Of a stretch of 64,000 nucleotides of DNA, positions 1-10,412 are shown piece after piece. The notes beneath the pieces are model-generated. The model ran no database searches. It was not told the DNA's origin and saw only the letters and a list, made by a program, of their open reading frames with translations. The stretch lies in assembly GCA_963702005.1 (NCBI GenBank), contig OY969696.1, positions 3,040,001 to 3,104,000 on the forward strand, read 5' to 3'. Both the position numbers and the translations under genes were made by a program. This stretch comes from Candidatus Aminicenantes bacterium. GTDB taxonomy: Bacteria > Acidobacteriota > Aminicenantia > Aminicenantales > JAFGBC01. Each line of letters starts with the position of its first letter. The stretch's first letter is position 1.

Positions 1-2
1 CC

Positions 3-758
3 ATCATCCAGGGCATGGGCGAGCTCCACCTCGACATCTACGTCGAGCGAATGAAGCGCGAGTACAAGGCCGAGGTTTCGACCGGGATGCCCCAGGTCGC
101 CTACCGGGAAACCATCGCCCAGCGCGTCGAGTTCGACTACACGCATAAAAAGCAGACCGGAGGCGCGGGCCAGTACGCCCGGGTCATCGGCGCCCTCGCA
201 CCGCTCCCGGGCGGCTCGTTCGAGTTCGTCAACGAGGTCAAGGGCGGCCGCATCCCCAGGGAATTCATCCCCGCCTGCCAGAAGGGATTCCAGGCCGTGC
301 TCCGCAAGGGCGAGCTGACAGGGTTCCCGGTCGTCGGCGTCAAGGTCGTCCTGACCGACGGAGCGGCCCACGAGGTCGATTCCTCGGACATGGCTTTCCA
401 AGCGGCGGCCCAGGGCGCATTCCGCGAAGTCTACCGGAGAGCCAAACCCCAGATTCTGGAGCCGATCATGAAGGTCTCGGTCGAGGGCCCGTCCGAATTC
501 GCCGGGAGCGTTTTTGCCTCGATCAACCAGCGCCGGGGCATCATCGTCAGCTCGGTCGAGGACGGCCTGTTCGCCCGGGTCGATGCCGAGGTCCCCCTCA
601 GCGAGATGTTCGGCTACGCGACGGCCCTCCGCTCCCTGACTCAGGGCAAGGCGGAGTTCACCATGGAGTTCCTCAAGTACGGGAGGGTCCCGGCCGCCAA
701 GGCCGAGGAGCTCGTCGCCCAGTACGAGGAGAAGAGGCGCCAGGGCACCTCGAAGTAG
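3..758 (+). CDS. fusA: Elongation factor G, C-terminal part (5' end outside window)
   Basis: [42 protein letters not shown] and LRSLTQG motifs of EF-G domains III-V. Confidence 0.97.
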   Translation: MIQGMGELHLDIYVERMKREYKAEVSTGMPQVAYRETIAQRVEFDYTHKKQTGGAGQYARVIGALAPLPGGSFEFVNEVKGGRIPREFIPACQKGFQAVLRKGELTGFPVVGVKVVLTDGAAHEVDSSDMAFQAAAQGAFREVYRRAKPQILEPIMKVSVEGPSEFAGSVFASINQRRGIIVSSVEDGLFARVDAEVPLSEMFGYATALRSLTQGKAEFTMEFLKYGRVPAAKAEELVAQYEEKRRQGTSK

Positions 759-788
759 GCCGAACGATGGGAACGAGGAGATGACGAC

Positions 789-1490
789 ATGACGGTTCAA
801 ACCGAATTCGCGCGGAGAAGCCCGATCCGGGACATGGAACGGCACATCCACGGCGGCCTGGGCAAGGGGAACCTCGGGGTCCTGGCCTCTCCCAAGGGCG
901 TCGGAAAGACGGCCTGCCTCGTCCACATCGCGACGGACAAGCTCTTCCAGGACAAGCCCGTCATCCACGTCTCCTACGCGAGCCGGATCGACTACATCAT
1001 CACCTGGTACGAGGACATCTTCCGGGAGATCGCCGGCGCCCTGGCGGCCGAGCCGCCGCTCGAAGTCCACGACGAGGTCGTCAAGAACCGCGTCATCATG
1101 AACTTCAAACAGGAAGGGACGCGGACGGAACAGGTCCTCAAGAGCTTGGAGGCCATGATCACGATGGGGCGCTTCGCGGCGGACACGGTCATCGTCGACG
1201 GCTACGACTTCTCGCTGTCGCGGCCCGAGGACCTCCTCAAATTCCGGGAGTTCGCGGGACGGCTCAGCCTCGAGATCTGGTTTTCGGCGTCGCTCCGGGG
1301 CGACGGCCCCCTCTGGGACGATACCGGGACGCCCTTCCTCCTCAAGGATTTCCTGCCCGCGATCGACGTCCTGATCACCCTCCACGCCGAGCCCGATCAC
1401 GTCCGGCTTCGCGTCGTCAAGGACCGCGCTTATCCCGCCGCCGGGAACCTCCCCCTCAAGCTCGATCCCAAAACGCTGCTCATCGCCTGA
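789..1490 (+). CDS. RecA/KaiC-like P-loop ATPase, function unknown
   Basis: Walker A ASPKGVGKT, Walker B-like VIVDG; RBS GAGGAG upstream; directly after fusA. Confidence 0.75.
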   Translation: MTVQTEFARRSPIRDMERHIHGGLGKGNLGVLASPKGVGKTACLVHIATDKLFQDKPVIHVSYASRIDYIITWYEDIFREIAGALAAEPPLEVHDEVVKNRVIMNFKQEGTRTEQVLKSLEAMITMGRFAADTVIVDGYDFSLSRPEDLLKFREFAGRLSLEIWFSASLRGDGPLWDDTGTPFLLKDFLPAIDVLITLHAEPDHVRLRVVKDRAYPAAGNLPLKLDPKTLLIA

Positions 1491-1643
1491 GATCGAGCGT
1501 CGGCCTCCTCCCCTCCTCTCGAATTTCGATAGGAGACCCGGGTCCCGCCCCGGGAATCCGTCCCTCATCTTTCGGCGCCATCATTGAGTCAACCGGGAGA
1601 TTCGGCTATGATAGCTTCCGGTCAACCCAGAAAGAGGGACGGG

Positions 1644-2798
1644 ATGAACGTATCAAAGAACGCAGGGCTGTTTCGCCAGACCAGCCTATCTATCATGATG
1701 GCGGCAATCACCGTTTCTTCTTTGGCCGGACAAATCATTGAGAATCCTAAAAAGCCGCCCAGCCCGAACGCGGGGCGCATCGTTGCGCTCAAAGAGGTCC
1801 AGCGGATCGGGGACGAATCCGGAAAATTTTTCTTCGTAGATCCTTTCGGAGTATTCGCCGGCCCGGACGGCTCCGTTTACGTCCAGGAATATAAGCAGTT
1901 TTTGAAGTTTGACGCCCGAGGGCGATACGTCGGGAACCTTCTCAAGAAGGGAGAAGGGCCAGGAGAAATCAACGATAATCTGACGGACGTCATTGTCGGG
2001 GACAACGACATCCTGCTCTATTCTTCGAATAGTCTCAAGCTCGTCCGGATCAGCCCGGACGGCCGCCTGCTCGATGACAGAAGGTTCGGCCAAGGCCAAT
2101 TCGGAAACTTGCTGGGGTTCCGGAACGGCCGCTATTTTTTTCTTCGCTGGGAGATCGGGGAGACCCCCCGAATCAACGGAATCGCCGAGACCAACTACCG
2201 CCTCATCATCGTCCCGGAATCGGGCGATATCATCCCGACCCCGGTCTTGATGCCCATGACCGTCGCGAGAGAATTCGGCCCAAGACGCGGGAGCATATCG
2301 AGCATTTCCCGGCTGACCCTGGTCCGGGCGGACGACCGCTTCGTAGCCCTCTTCCATTCCCCGGACTATCTCATCAAGCTGCTCGACCTCGAAAGCGGGG
2401 AGATCGTCCGGAGCTTCCGAAGGGACTATGACCGTGTCCGATATGACTACAAGCCGCCTAAGGATTATCCCGGTGAACTCATTCCGAAATATCACAACGA
2501 CCTCTGCCGTCTCCTCTGGAGAAACGACCGCCTTTGGGCTGTGACCTCGACGTTCGACGCGAAAAAGGGGATCCTGGTCGATGTCTTCAGCCGAGACGGG
2601 AAGTACCTGGACAATTTCTACTTGCCGCTCTTCAAGATCCGGAAGAACAACCCCCAGTACTACGCTCCGATGGCCGTCCACGGGGATTCGCTCTACCTCC
2701 TCGAAGCCGACGAAAACGACCTCATCTCTCTCATCAAGTACGAAATCAGCGAAGAAACGGATTCGGGTTTCCCCTCCGCCGAAATGACGAAGCGCTGA
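1644..2798 (+). CDS. Secreted 6-bladed beta-propeller protein
   Basis: Signal-like N-terminus, NPKKP, KGEGPGEI and DVFSRDGKYL motifs; start uncertain. Confidence 0.75.
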   Translation: MNVSKNAGLFRQTSLSIMMAAITVSSLAGQIIENPKKPPSPNAGRIVALKEVQRIGDESGKFFFVDPFGVFAGPDGSVYVQEYKQFLKFDARGRYVGNLLKKGEGPGEINDNLTDVIVGDNDILLYSSNSLKLVRISPDGRLLDDRRFGQGQFGNLLGFRNGRYFFLRWEIGETPRINGIAETNYRLIIVPESGDIIPTPVLMPMTVAREFGPRRGSISSISRLTLVRADDRFVALFHSPDYLIKLLDLESGEIVRSFRRDYDRVRYDYKPPKDYPGELIPKYHNDLCRLLWRNDRLWAVTSTFDAKKGILVDVFSRDGKYLDNFYLPLFKIRKNNPQYYAPMAVHGDSLYLLEADENDLISLIKYEISEETDSGFPSAEMTKR

Positions 2799-2819
2799 TT
2801 GAATTGAATTGAGGTGGCC

Positions 2820-4820
2820 ATGACGAACAATCGTTTCCCCATTGCCTTCTCTCTGGCCTTGGGTCTTTTCGTCGCCGCGATTTCCTCGGGCTTGCGCTCC
2901 GAACCCGAGGGAGCGGTCACCGGATGGAAGGCGGTCGGACCGGACGGCGCCGATATCCTGGCCCTGGCCGAGAATCCCTCTGACCCGAGCGAAGTCTATG
3001 CGCTTGCCACCACGAACTATGGCCAGGTTTTCCGATCTCTGAACGGCGGAGCGAGCTGGAGACGGACGGCCTGGATCAACGATTTTATCTATGACCTGGC
3101 TTGCGACCCCCGGAATCCAACGAACATCTACGTGCTGTGGTTGTTCGGCGTCTATAAATCGACCGATAAGGGACTCACCTGGACCAAATATACGTTTCAG
3201 ACCCCCCATTATTCGTACGGCCGCATCGCGGTCTCTCCCAAAAATTCGAGCGTCGTTTATGCGACAGGAACGTACGTCACGGACGAGTATTCTTGGAAAA
3301 CCTGCATGGCTCTCTTTAAATCCAACACCGGCGGCCGGACCTGGTCCTTTAAGCTCATCACCCCCAACTCCACCCAGGGTCAGGCGCGCGCCCTGGCCGT
3401 CGACCCCGGCCAGCCCAACACCCTCTACGTCGGAGGCTGGTACACGACCGATGTCAATCGGCAAGGACTGTTCAAAAGCACGGACGGAGGGACGACTTGG
3501 ACCGAGATAACCGGCACGATCGGCGAAGAGCCCAAGGCCATCGTCATCGATCCTTCGAATACGTGCCGCCTCTATGTCGGGACGACCGCCGGCGTCTACG
3601 GTTCCTCGGACGGCGGGCTGACCTGGATTAAGGGCAAGAAAATCGGGGCCGCGACCGTCCTGGCCGTCGAGCCCTCCGATCCTCAAGTTCTCTACGCCGG
3701 GAACGGATCGACGATCTACCGCTCCGCCGATCGCGGGGCGAACTGGACCGCGCTCCACGCCACGGTCTACGGGTCGCTGTCCTGTTTCTCGCTGTCATCC
3801 GGGCGAATGTTCTACGGGTCCAGCGGGGGGATCTATCAGAGCACGGACAAAGCCGCGACTTGGACCTCGAGCTATAAGGGAATCAAGGCCGCCAAGATGG
3901 GACCGCTGGTCGAATCGAAGGCCGCGCCGGGAACCCTGTTCGCCCTCGTCCCTTCGCTCGGGATCCTGAAGAGCCCGGACCTAGGCGCGAGCTGGGCCAA
4001 ACTCCCCGATTTCGAGCGGGGCCAAGGCGTCACCCGGATCGCCCTTCATCCCACGAACCCGAAGATCATCTACGCCCTGGCGGGCGGACCGCTTCTATCG
4101 GCGAACTCGAAAGCGGACCCGTCGCCCTCCGTTTACAAAACCCTCAACGGAGGGACGTCCTGGAGCAAGGTTTTGACTGGGATGTTGGCCGATGTGGAGC
4201 TGAGCCAGAAAAATCCAAGCCGGGTCTTCGCGGCCGGAAAGGCCGTGTCCGGGTCGAGCGACGTCATGGCCTTGTTCGCGTCCGTGAACGGAGGGAAGAC
4301 CTGGACGACGCATACGGTCTTTCCCTACGCCAACACCCATGTCTATGATCTCGCGGTCGACCCCACGAACGACAAGATCATCTATATCGGGGGGGATCAG
4401 GGCATCTACACGAAGCTCTTCTTAAAATCCACGGACGGCGGCGCGAGCTGGATCGACCTGTCGTCGGGCTTGCCCGGCATCCCCGTCGGGACTTTGGTCT
4501 TCGACCCCGCGAACTCCCGGCGGCTCTACAACGTCCACTCGGCCGGAACCTATCGCAGCGATGACGGCGGCGTCTCCTGGACGCGGCTCCTCATCCACAA
4601 TTTCCAGGCCGAGGCGATGGTCATCGACCCGTCCTCTCCGAGCACCCTCTGGGCCGGGGGCTATTTGGGCGTCCGGATGAGCGTCGACTCCGGACTGACC
4701 TGGTCGGATATCACCGGGAACCTGCCCCTGAAATACATCCCCAGCCTCGCCTTGGATGCGAAGAACAGGATTCTCTTCGCCGGCACCTACGGCGCCAGCG
4801 TCTACAAGAAAGCGCTTTGA
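2820..4820 (+). CDS. Secreted BNR/Asp-box repeat (VPS10/YCF48-like) beta-propeller protein
   Basis: Many SxDGGxTW Asp-box repeats; signal peptide. Confidence 0.85.
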   Translation: MTNNRFPIAFSLALGLFVAAISSGLRSEPEGAVTGWKAVGPDGADILALAENPSDPSEVYALATTNYGQVFRSLNGGASWRRTAWINDFIYDLACDPRNPTNIYVLWLFGVYKSTDKGLTWTKYTFQTPHYSYGRIAVSPKNSSVVYATGTYVTDEYSWKTCMALFKSNTGGRTWSFKLITPNSTQGQARALAVDPGQPNTLYVGGWYTTDVNRQGLFKSTDGGTTWTEITGTIGEEPKAIVIDPSNTCRLYVGTTAGVYGSSDGGLTWIKGKKIGAATVLAVEPSDPQVLYAGNGSTIYRSADRGANWTALHATVYGSLSCFSLSSGRMFYGSSGGIYQSTDKAATWTSSYKGIKAAKMGPLVESKAAPGTLFALVPSLGILKSPDLGASWAKLPDFERGQGVTRIALHPTNPKIIYALAGGPLLSANSKADPSPSVYKTLNGGTSWSKVLTGMLADVELSQKNPSRVFAAGKAVSGSSDVMALFASVNGGKTWTTHTVFPYANTHVYDLAVDPTNDKIIYIGGDQGIYTKLFLKSTDGGASWIDLSSGLPGIPVGTLVFDPANSRRLYNVHSAGTYRSDDGGVSWTRLLIHNFQAEAMVIDPSSPSTLWAGGYLGVRMSVDSGLTWSDITGNLPLKYIPSLALDAKNRILFAGTYGASVYKKAL

Positions 4821-4854
4821 GGCGTCTCCTGCCCCCTACCGTCCGGCCGACGCC

Positions 4855-4884
4855 TTGACAGGGATTCGCATCTCGTCCTAAGAT
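4855..4884 (+). promoter_or_regulatory. Putative sigma70 promoter
   Basis: TTGACA-18 bp-TAAGAT upstream of the 4921 CDS. Confidence 0.5.
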
Positions 4885-4920
4885 CACTCTGTTACCCCGA
4901 ACGCTTAGGATGGAGGGATC

Positions 4921-5274
4921 ATGGCCAAAATACAAGCCTACTGCGGGCTTGATTGCGGAGAATGCGAAGCGTACATCGCGACTCAGAAGAACGACCGGGC
5001 CGGACTCGAAGCGGCCGCGAAAAAATGGACCGAGCAGTTCGGCGCTAAAGGCATCAGCGCGGATATGTGCGTCTGTGACGGGTGCCCGTCGGGCAAAAGA
5101 ATCAGCACGGCCCACGCCAAAAAATGCGGCCTCCGACTCTGCGCGTCCGCGCGCGGAGTTACGACTTGCGCTCATTGCCAGGACTACGGCTGCGAAACGC
5201 TGAAAGGATTCTTAGCGTTCGCGCCGGTCCTCAAGGAGAAACTGGAGGCGATCAGAAAAGAGCTCGGGAAATAA
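4921..5274 (+). CDS. DUF3795-like Cys-rich protein
   Basis: AYCGLDCGECEAY, CDGC, CAHCQDYGC pattern; RBS GGAGG. Confidence 0.8.
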   Translation: MAKIQAYCGLDCGECEAYIATQKNDRAGLEAAAKKWTEQFGAKGISADMCVCDGCPSGKRISTAHAKKCGLRLCASARGVTTCAHCQDYGCETLKGFLAFAPVLKEKLEAIRKELGK

Positions 5275-5299
5275 GCCGAAACGAATCCGCGGGCTGTTG

Positions 5300-7048
5300 T
5301 CAGCGGACGAGCGACAGACCGTGGCCGGCCGGGAACCCCGGAAGCGAAACGGGCAATTTTCCCTTGGCATCCGACTCCCCGAACAGAATCCGGGCGGCGA
5401 TGGGCTGCGTCTGCGGCGTATTGCGGTACATGCAGAGGTAAGCGGCCGTTTCCGGGAAATGCCTCAGGAAGTAGGGGCTCCCGAATGAGACGACGACGGC
5501 CGGTTTCCCCGCCCCGATCCACTTCTGGATGAGGGTGATATGTTTGGGCTCGAGGTCGACGGTCCCCTTCCCGGCACCGAGCCTGGAAAAGAGGGCGAAC
5601 ACGGCGATGTCCGCATCCTGGGCTCGGGCCAGATCGATCGTGAGCGAATCCCAGCCCGTATCGGCGTCGGCCAAGAAAACCTGAGCGCCGGGGCGCCTCT
5701 TGACGACCTCGGTCGCGAACGGCCGTCCCGCGTAATAATCGCCCGGGTCGCTGCTCAACGCGAAGACGGCGAGTTTCTTGTCGGGAGCGAGAGGCAGAAC
5801 GGCCCCCTCGTTCTTGACGAGGGTCGCGGCGCTCTCGAAGGCCTGCCAGGCCCGGTCGAGTGACGCCTTGGGGGCGATGACGCGCGGCAAGGCCTCGACG
5901 TCAACGAAGCGGTTCTTGAACAGGCCGAGCTTGGCCTTGACCGTCAGGATTCTCCGGACCGAATCGTCGATCCGCGCCCGCGGGATTTTTCCGGCCCGGG
6001 CGGCCTCGATCAGCGACGCGACGGCCTTGGCGGGCTCGGGCGGAAGAAGGAGGATATCGACGCCCGCCAGGAGCGCCCTGAGGGAGGCGTCCTCGGTCGA
6101 GAAGCTGCTTGTAACCCCCGCCATTTCCAGGGCGTCGGTCACGATCAGCCCCTTGAATCCGAGCTCCTTGCGGAGGACCCCGGTCAGGATGGGTTCGGAC
6201 AGCGTCGCCGGAAGGTTGGGCGTCGGGTCGAGCGCGGGGACGAACAGATGGGCGGTCATCACCGCGCCGACCCCGGCCGCGATCGCTTCCCGGTAGGGGG
6301 CGAGCTCGACCCGGTCGAGCCGGGACCGGTCGGCGGCGATGGTCGGGAGAAGGCTGTGGGAATCCTGGTCCGTGTCGCCGTGGCCGGGGAAATGCTTGGC
6401 CGTGGCGATCATGCCGTTCTCCTGGCAACCGCGGATAAAGGCCTTGGCCAGCCGCCCCACCAGGGCCGGGTCCTCGCCGATCGCCCGCACGTTGATGATG
6501 GGGTTGTCGGGATTAATGTTGACGTCGACGACGGGCGCGTAAGTCATGTGGATGCCGAAAGCCCGGCCTTCGACCGCCGTGATCTTGCCCATGTCGTAAG
6601 CGAGCTCCTCGGACCCCGCGGCGCCGATGGCCATCAGCGGCGGGAAGAGCGTCGCGCCCGTGACCTGGTTCCCGGTTCCCCGCTCGAAGTCCGAGGCCAT
6701 CAGAAGCGGGAGCTTGGCCAGCTTCTGGAAGTGATTCGTCAGCGAGGCCGTCTCCAAGGCTTCTCCCCCGAACAGAATGAGCCCGCCGATTCGTTGGTTG
6801 ATGATGAGGGATTCGAGGTCCTTGACGGAACTCGCGTCGAGGTTGGTGAATTCGCCCGTGTAGCGGCAGGCCACCATCTGGCCGATTTTGTCCTCGAGCG
6901 TCATGCGGGCCAGGGTCTTCTCCACCCGCTTGGCGTCCACGGGCAGGAAGCCGGCTTTCGTTGTTTTAGCGGCCGGAACACAGCTCATCGCCGACACACC
7001 CAGGCCGATGGTCAGGAGCCGGAGCCAACGAGCGCTTGGCAGCTTCAT
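5300..7048 (-). CDS. GH3 beta-N-acetylglucosaminidase, probably exported or a lipoprotein
   Basis: DFERG, APVVDVN, KHFPGHGDTDQDSH and VTDALEM motifs; C-terminal GH3 domain. Confidence 0.92.
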   Translation of the reverse strand: MKLPSARWLRLLTIGLGVSAMSCVPAAKTTKAGFLPVDAKRVEKTLARMTLEDKIGQMVACRYTGEFTNLDASSVKDLESLIINQRIGGLILFGGEALETASLTNHFQKLAKLPLLMASDFERGTGNQVTGATLFPPLMAIGAAGSEELAYDMGKITAVEGRAFGIHMTYAPVVDVNINPDNPIINVRAIGEDPALVGRLAKAFIRGCQENGMIATAKHFPGHGDTDQDSHSLLPTIAADRSRLDRVELAPYREAIAAGVGAVMTAHLFVPALDPTPNLPATLSEPILTGVLRKELGFKGLIVTDALEMAGVTSSFSTEDASLRALLAGVDILLLPPEPAKAVASLIEAARAGKIPRARIDDSVRRILTVKAKLGLFKNRFVDVEALPRVIAPKASLDRAWQAFESAATLVKNEGAVLPLAPDKKLAVFALSSDPGDYYAGRPFATEVVKRRPGAQVFLADADTGWDSLTIDLARAQDADIAVFALFSRLGAGKGTVDLEPKHITLIQKWIGAGKPAVVVSFGSPYFLRHFPETAAYLCMYRNTPQTQPIAARILFGESDAKGKLPVSLPGFPAGHGLSLVR

Positions 7049-7222
7049 GGAACCTCCTCGTTCCGTTCGGTTCTATCTTCCGGCCTATTGTATCCGATTC
7101 GGGACGGGAGGTGCCACCCTCGCTTGCGATTTCTGATTTCGTCGTTCGCCCATACGTATGGAATAAGACTCGGCTTCAGCAATCCCCTTCGCAGGATTCC
7201 ACGGACGTAATTCCGCGGAGCT

Positions 7223-7780
7223 TCAGTAAATAAACGGCAGCAAACGACATGTTCCTCGCTTGTATTCCAGGTAGTCCGATCCAAATTGATCGATCAACGC
7301 TTCTTCTTCGACCTTCATTCGATGAAGCATCGCCAAGCTGACGGATATCACGATGATCCCGAGGCTCATCCAGTTATTGAGCGACAGGCCGAAACCGGCG
7401 AATGATACCAAGGAACCCAAATAGGCCGGATGCCGGATCGTCCGGTAGAGGCCCTTCTTGATGATGACATGTTGATCTCGAATCGTCACATCAACGGTGA
7501 AGAATCTTCCCAAGGTCCATATGGCATAAAACCGGATCGCCATTCCCGTTAGGATCAAGAAGAGGCCCATATAAGGCACCGTCATATGCCGCGAGATCGG
7601 CATACGGGAAAAACGAGAAAAGACAACTCCCAAAGAAACGGCAAGACCGATCGTAATCCAGATAATTCTTATCGATCCTTTATCCCGACCCTTCTGATCG
7701 CCAGGATCGGACCTGAACAATCTATTGAGGGCTATTTCTGAAATGAACCACAAAGACTGAACGATGATAAAAATTCTCAT
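7223..7780 (-). CDS. Isoprenylcysteine carboxyl methyltransferase family membrane protein
   Basis: GLYRTIRHPAYLG and EEEALIDQFGSDYLEY motifs; lower GC than neighbours. Confidence 0.88.
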   Translation of the reverse strand: MRIFIIVQSLWFISEIALNRLFRSDPGDQKGRDKGSIRIIWITIGLAVSLGVVFSRFSRMPISRHMTVPYMGLFLILTGMAIRFYAIWTLGRFFTVDVTIRDQHVIIKKGLYRTIRHPAYLGSLVSFAGFGLSLNNWMSLGIIVISVSLAMLHRMKVEEEALIDQFGSDYLEYKRGTCRLLPFIY

Positions 7781-7984
7781 AACGAGAATCCGACGTCAGC
7801 GACCTTCACTCATCGATTTTCCTTTTTTTGCCAAAAAACCAGAGGAATAACTCCTCCCTTGCGATTTCCGATTTCGACGCCCACCCTCGCAGACAGAATG
7901 AGACTCGGCCTGGGCGTCCGGAGAAATTGGGGAAATAGATGTCTGTCACCAATTTTGGCATATTTTATTGAAGAGACGGTGCGT

Positions 7985-9310
7985 TCACTCGATGATGTAC
8001 CTAAGGATGAACAGCGCCGAGAAGAGGTAGATGAGCCAGTGGACCTGCCGTCCCTTCCCGGTGACGAGCTTGAGGAGCGAGTAGGAGATGAACCCGAAAG
8101 AAATGCCCTCCGTGATGCTGACCGTCAGCGGCATGATGACGATGGTCAGGAAAGCCGGAATGGCTTCGGTCAGATCATCCCAGTCGATCGAGGTCACCGA
8201 CTTCATCATCAGGTAGCCGACGATGATCAGGGCCGGCGCGATGACGGGCCGGAGGACCAGGCCCTTGGCGACGTATTCGCCCGAGATCATGGCGGCCAGC
8301 GGCGAGAAGAACAGGGCCGCGATGAAGAGGAGGGCCGTGAAGACGTTGGCCAGGCCGGTCCGCGCGCCCTGGGCGATCCCGGTCGCGCTCTCGATGTAGC
8401 TCGAGACCGTGGATGTGCCGAGGAGCGTCCCCTCGACCGTGCCGATGGCGTCGGCCAGGACGGCCTGATTGGCCCGGGGGAGCTTGCCGTCCTTGAGAAA
8501 GCCGGCCGGCGCGCTGACGCCGATCAGGGTCCCGACGCAGTCGAACAGGTCGAGGAAGAAAAAGACGAAGACGACGGTCAGCAGCCCCGTGTTGAAAGCG
8601 CCCGCGATATCGAGCTTGAGGAAAGTCGGGGCGAGGCTGGGCGGGGGGGCGACCAAGCCATGATACTTCACGATTCCGAGAGGGATCCCGAGCAGGGCCG
8701 TGGCCAGGATCCCGATTAAGATGGCGCCCGGCACGCGGAGGGCCATCAGGACGGCGGTCAGAGCCAAGCCGGCCAGGACGAGGACGACGGGGCGGCTGGC
8801 CAGGTCGCCGATTCCGACGAGCACCCCCTGGGCGTCGACGACGACGCCCCCGTACTCGAGGCCGACCAGGGCGATCAGAAGCCCGATCCCGACCGCGATC
8901 GAATATTTAAGGGCGTCGGGAACCGCGGCGACGACCGTCCCCCAGATGCCGATGATTGAGAGGATGATCTGGATCATGCCCGAGATGAAGATGGCGCCCA
9001 GGGCGACCTTCCAGGAATAGCCCATGGTGCCGCAGACGATGACGGCGAAGAAAATGTTGTGGCCCATGGCCGGAGCTTGGGCGATCGGATAATTCGCCAG
9101 CAGGCCGGTCAGGAGGGTCGCCAAAGCGCTGGCTAAACAGGTCGCGACCATGACCGCGCCCCGGTCCATGCCGGCCAGGGACAGGATGGCCGGCTGGACG
9201 AAGATGATGTAGGACATGGTCATGAAGGTCGTCGTCCCGCCCAAGAGTTCCGTCCGGACGGACGTATGGCGCTCCGAGAGCTTGAAGAAGCGGTCAAGCC
9301 GGTTCATCAA
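7985..9310 (-). CDS. NCS2/AzgA family purine permease
   Basis: TELLGGTTTFMTMSYI, APAMGHN and YIESATGIAQGARTGL motifs; adjacent to apt. Confidence 0.93.
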   Translation of the reverse strand: MMNRLDRFFKLSERHTSVRTELLGGTTTFMTMSYIIFVQPAILSLAGMDRGAVMVATCLASALATLLTGLLANYPIAQAPAMGHNIFFAVIVCGTMGYSWKVALGAIFISGMIQIILSIIGIWGTVVAAVPDALKYSIAVGIGLLIALVGLEYGGVVVDAQGVLVGIGDLASRPVVLVLAGLALTAVLMALRVPGAILIGILATALLGIPLGIVKYHGLVAPPPSLAPTFLKLDIAGAFNTGLLTVVFVFFFLDLFDCVGTLIGVSAPAGFLKDGKLPRANQAVLADAIGTVEGTLLGTSTVSSYIESATGIAQGARTGLANVFTALLFIAALFFSPLAAMISGEYVAKGLVLRPVIAPALIIVGYLMMKSVTSIDWDDLTEAIPAFLTIVIMPLTVSITEGISFGFISYSLLKLVTGKGRQVHWLIYLFSALFILRYIIE

Positions 9311-9343
9311 ACGTATCTCTCCGTGCCCGATTTCCGCATCCCA

Positions 9344-9874
9344 TCAATAGCGGACGAGATAAAACACGTCCACATCCGGGTGGGCCTTCTTGATGTTGGC
9401 CTCCCCCTGCAGGAAACTGAGCTCGACGACGGCCGCGAAACCGACGACGGCCGCCCCGAGCTTCCGGACGAGGTTGATCGCGCTCGTCGAGGACGATCCG
9501 GTCGCGATCAGGTCGTCGACGATGAGCGCCCGCTGGCCGGGCTTGAGGGCGTCCCGGTGCATCTCGAAGTGCTCGACGGCGTATTCGTTGGGCGCTTCGA
9601 CCGAGACCGTCTCGCGGGGAAGCTTCCCCTTCTTGCGGATGATCGTCATCCCCAGCTTGAGCTCGTGGGCCAGGGCGGCCGCGAACAGGAAGCCGCGCGA
9701 CTCGATCCCGACGATGATCTCGGGCTTCCGTTTGCGGGCCCAGGCCGCCATCTCGTCGATGACGTACTTGAAGGCTTTGGCGTCCTGGACGATCGGCGTG
9801 ATGTCCTTGAACCCGACGCCGGGCTTGGGAAAATCCTTGACCTCGAGAATGAATTGTTTCAGGTCGATGGCCAT
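9344..9874 (-). CDS. apt: Adenine phosphoribosyltransferase
   Basis: DFPKPGVGFKDITP, GIESRGF, PRPP-binding IVDDLIATG. Confidence 0.93.
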   Translation of the reverse strand: MAIDLKQFILEVKDFPKPGVGFKDITPIVQDAKAFKYVIDEMAAWARKRKPEIIVGIESRGFLFAAALAHELKLGMTIIRKKGKLPRETVSVEAPNEYAVEHFEMHRDALKPGQRALIVDDLIATGSSSTSAINLVRKLGAAVVGFAAVVELSFLQGEANIKKAHPDVDVFYLVRY

Positions 9875-9968
9875 TCTCCGTCCTTTCCCGTTGGAATCTT
9901 CCTCATTATAAAAAATTCCGGGGACACATACCATAATTCCTTTCCGAGCTCGGCGCTTGCCGCCCAAA

Positions 9969-10412
9969 TCAGGGCAAGGATCCTCGAATCACGATGCGGC
10001 GAACGTCGTCGGCGTCCACCTCGATCGAGACACGAATACCGTCGAGCCTGAACGGGATTTTCTCGGCCCACTCGACGATGACGACTCCTTCACCGATAAA
10101 ATCTTCCCAGCCCAGGTCCTCGACCTCGCGGCCCTTGGCGAGCCGATAGAGGTCGATATGAAAGACGGGGCACCGCCCCTGATAGACATTGATAAGGGTG
10201 TAGGAAGGGCTGCAAACGCGGCCGGCGTCCTCAACGCCCAAGCCAGCGGCCAGCCCCTTGGCGAAGATCGTCTTGCCCGCCCCGAGCTCGCCGAAGAGGA
10301 GGACGACCTCGCGGCCCTGGAAGCGCCGCGCCAGCCCTTCGGCCAGCCGGAAGGTCTCCTCCTCGGTCCTGGTCAGGATGTTTCCGGCGGCCTTGGCTCT
10401 GGCTGGGCTCAT
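9969..10412 (-). CDS. tsaE: t6A biosynthesis ATPase TsaE
   Basis: GELGAGKT, SPSYTL, HIDLYRL and VEWAE motifs; ATGA overlap with nnr. Confidence 0.93.
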   Translation of the reverse strand: MSPARAKAAGNILTRTEEETFRLAEGLARRFQGREVVLLFGELGAGKTIFAKGLAAGLGVEDAGRVCSPSYTLINVYQGRCPVFHIDLYRLAKGREVEDLGWEDFIGEGVVIVEWAEKIPFRLDGIRVSIEVDADDVRRIVIRGSLP

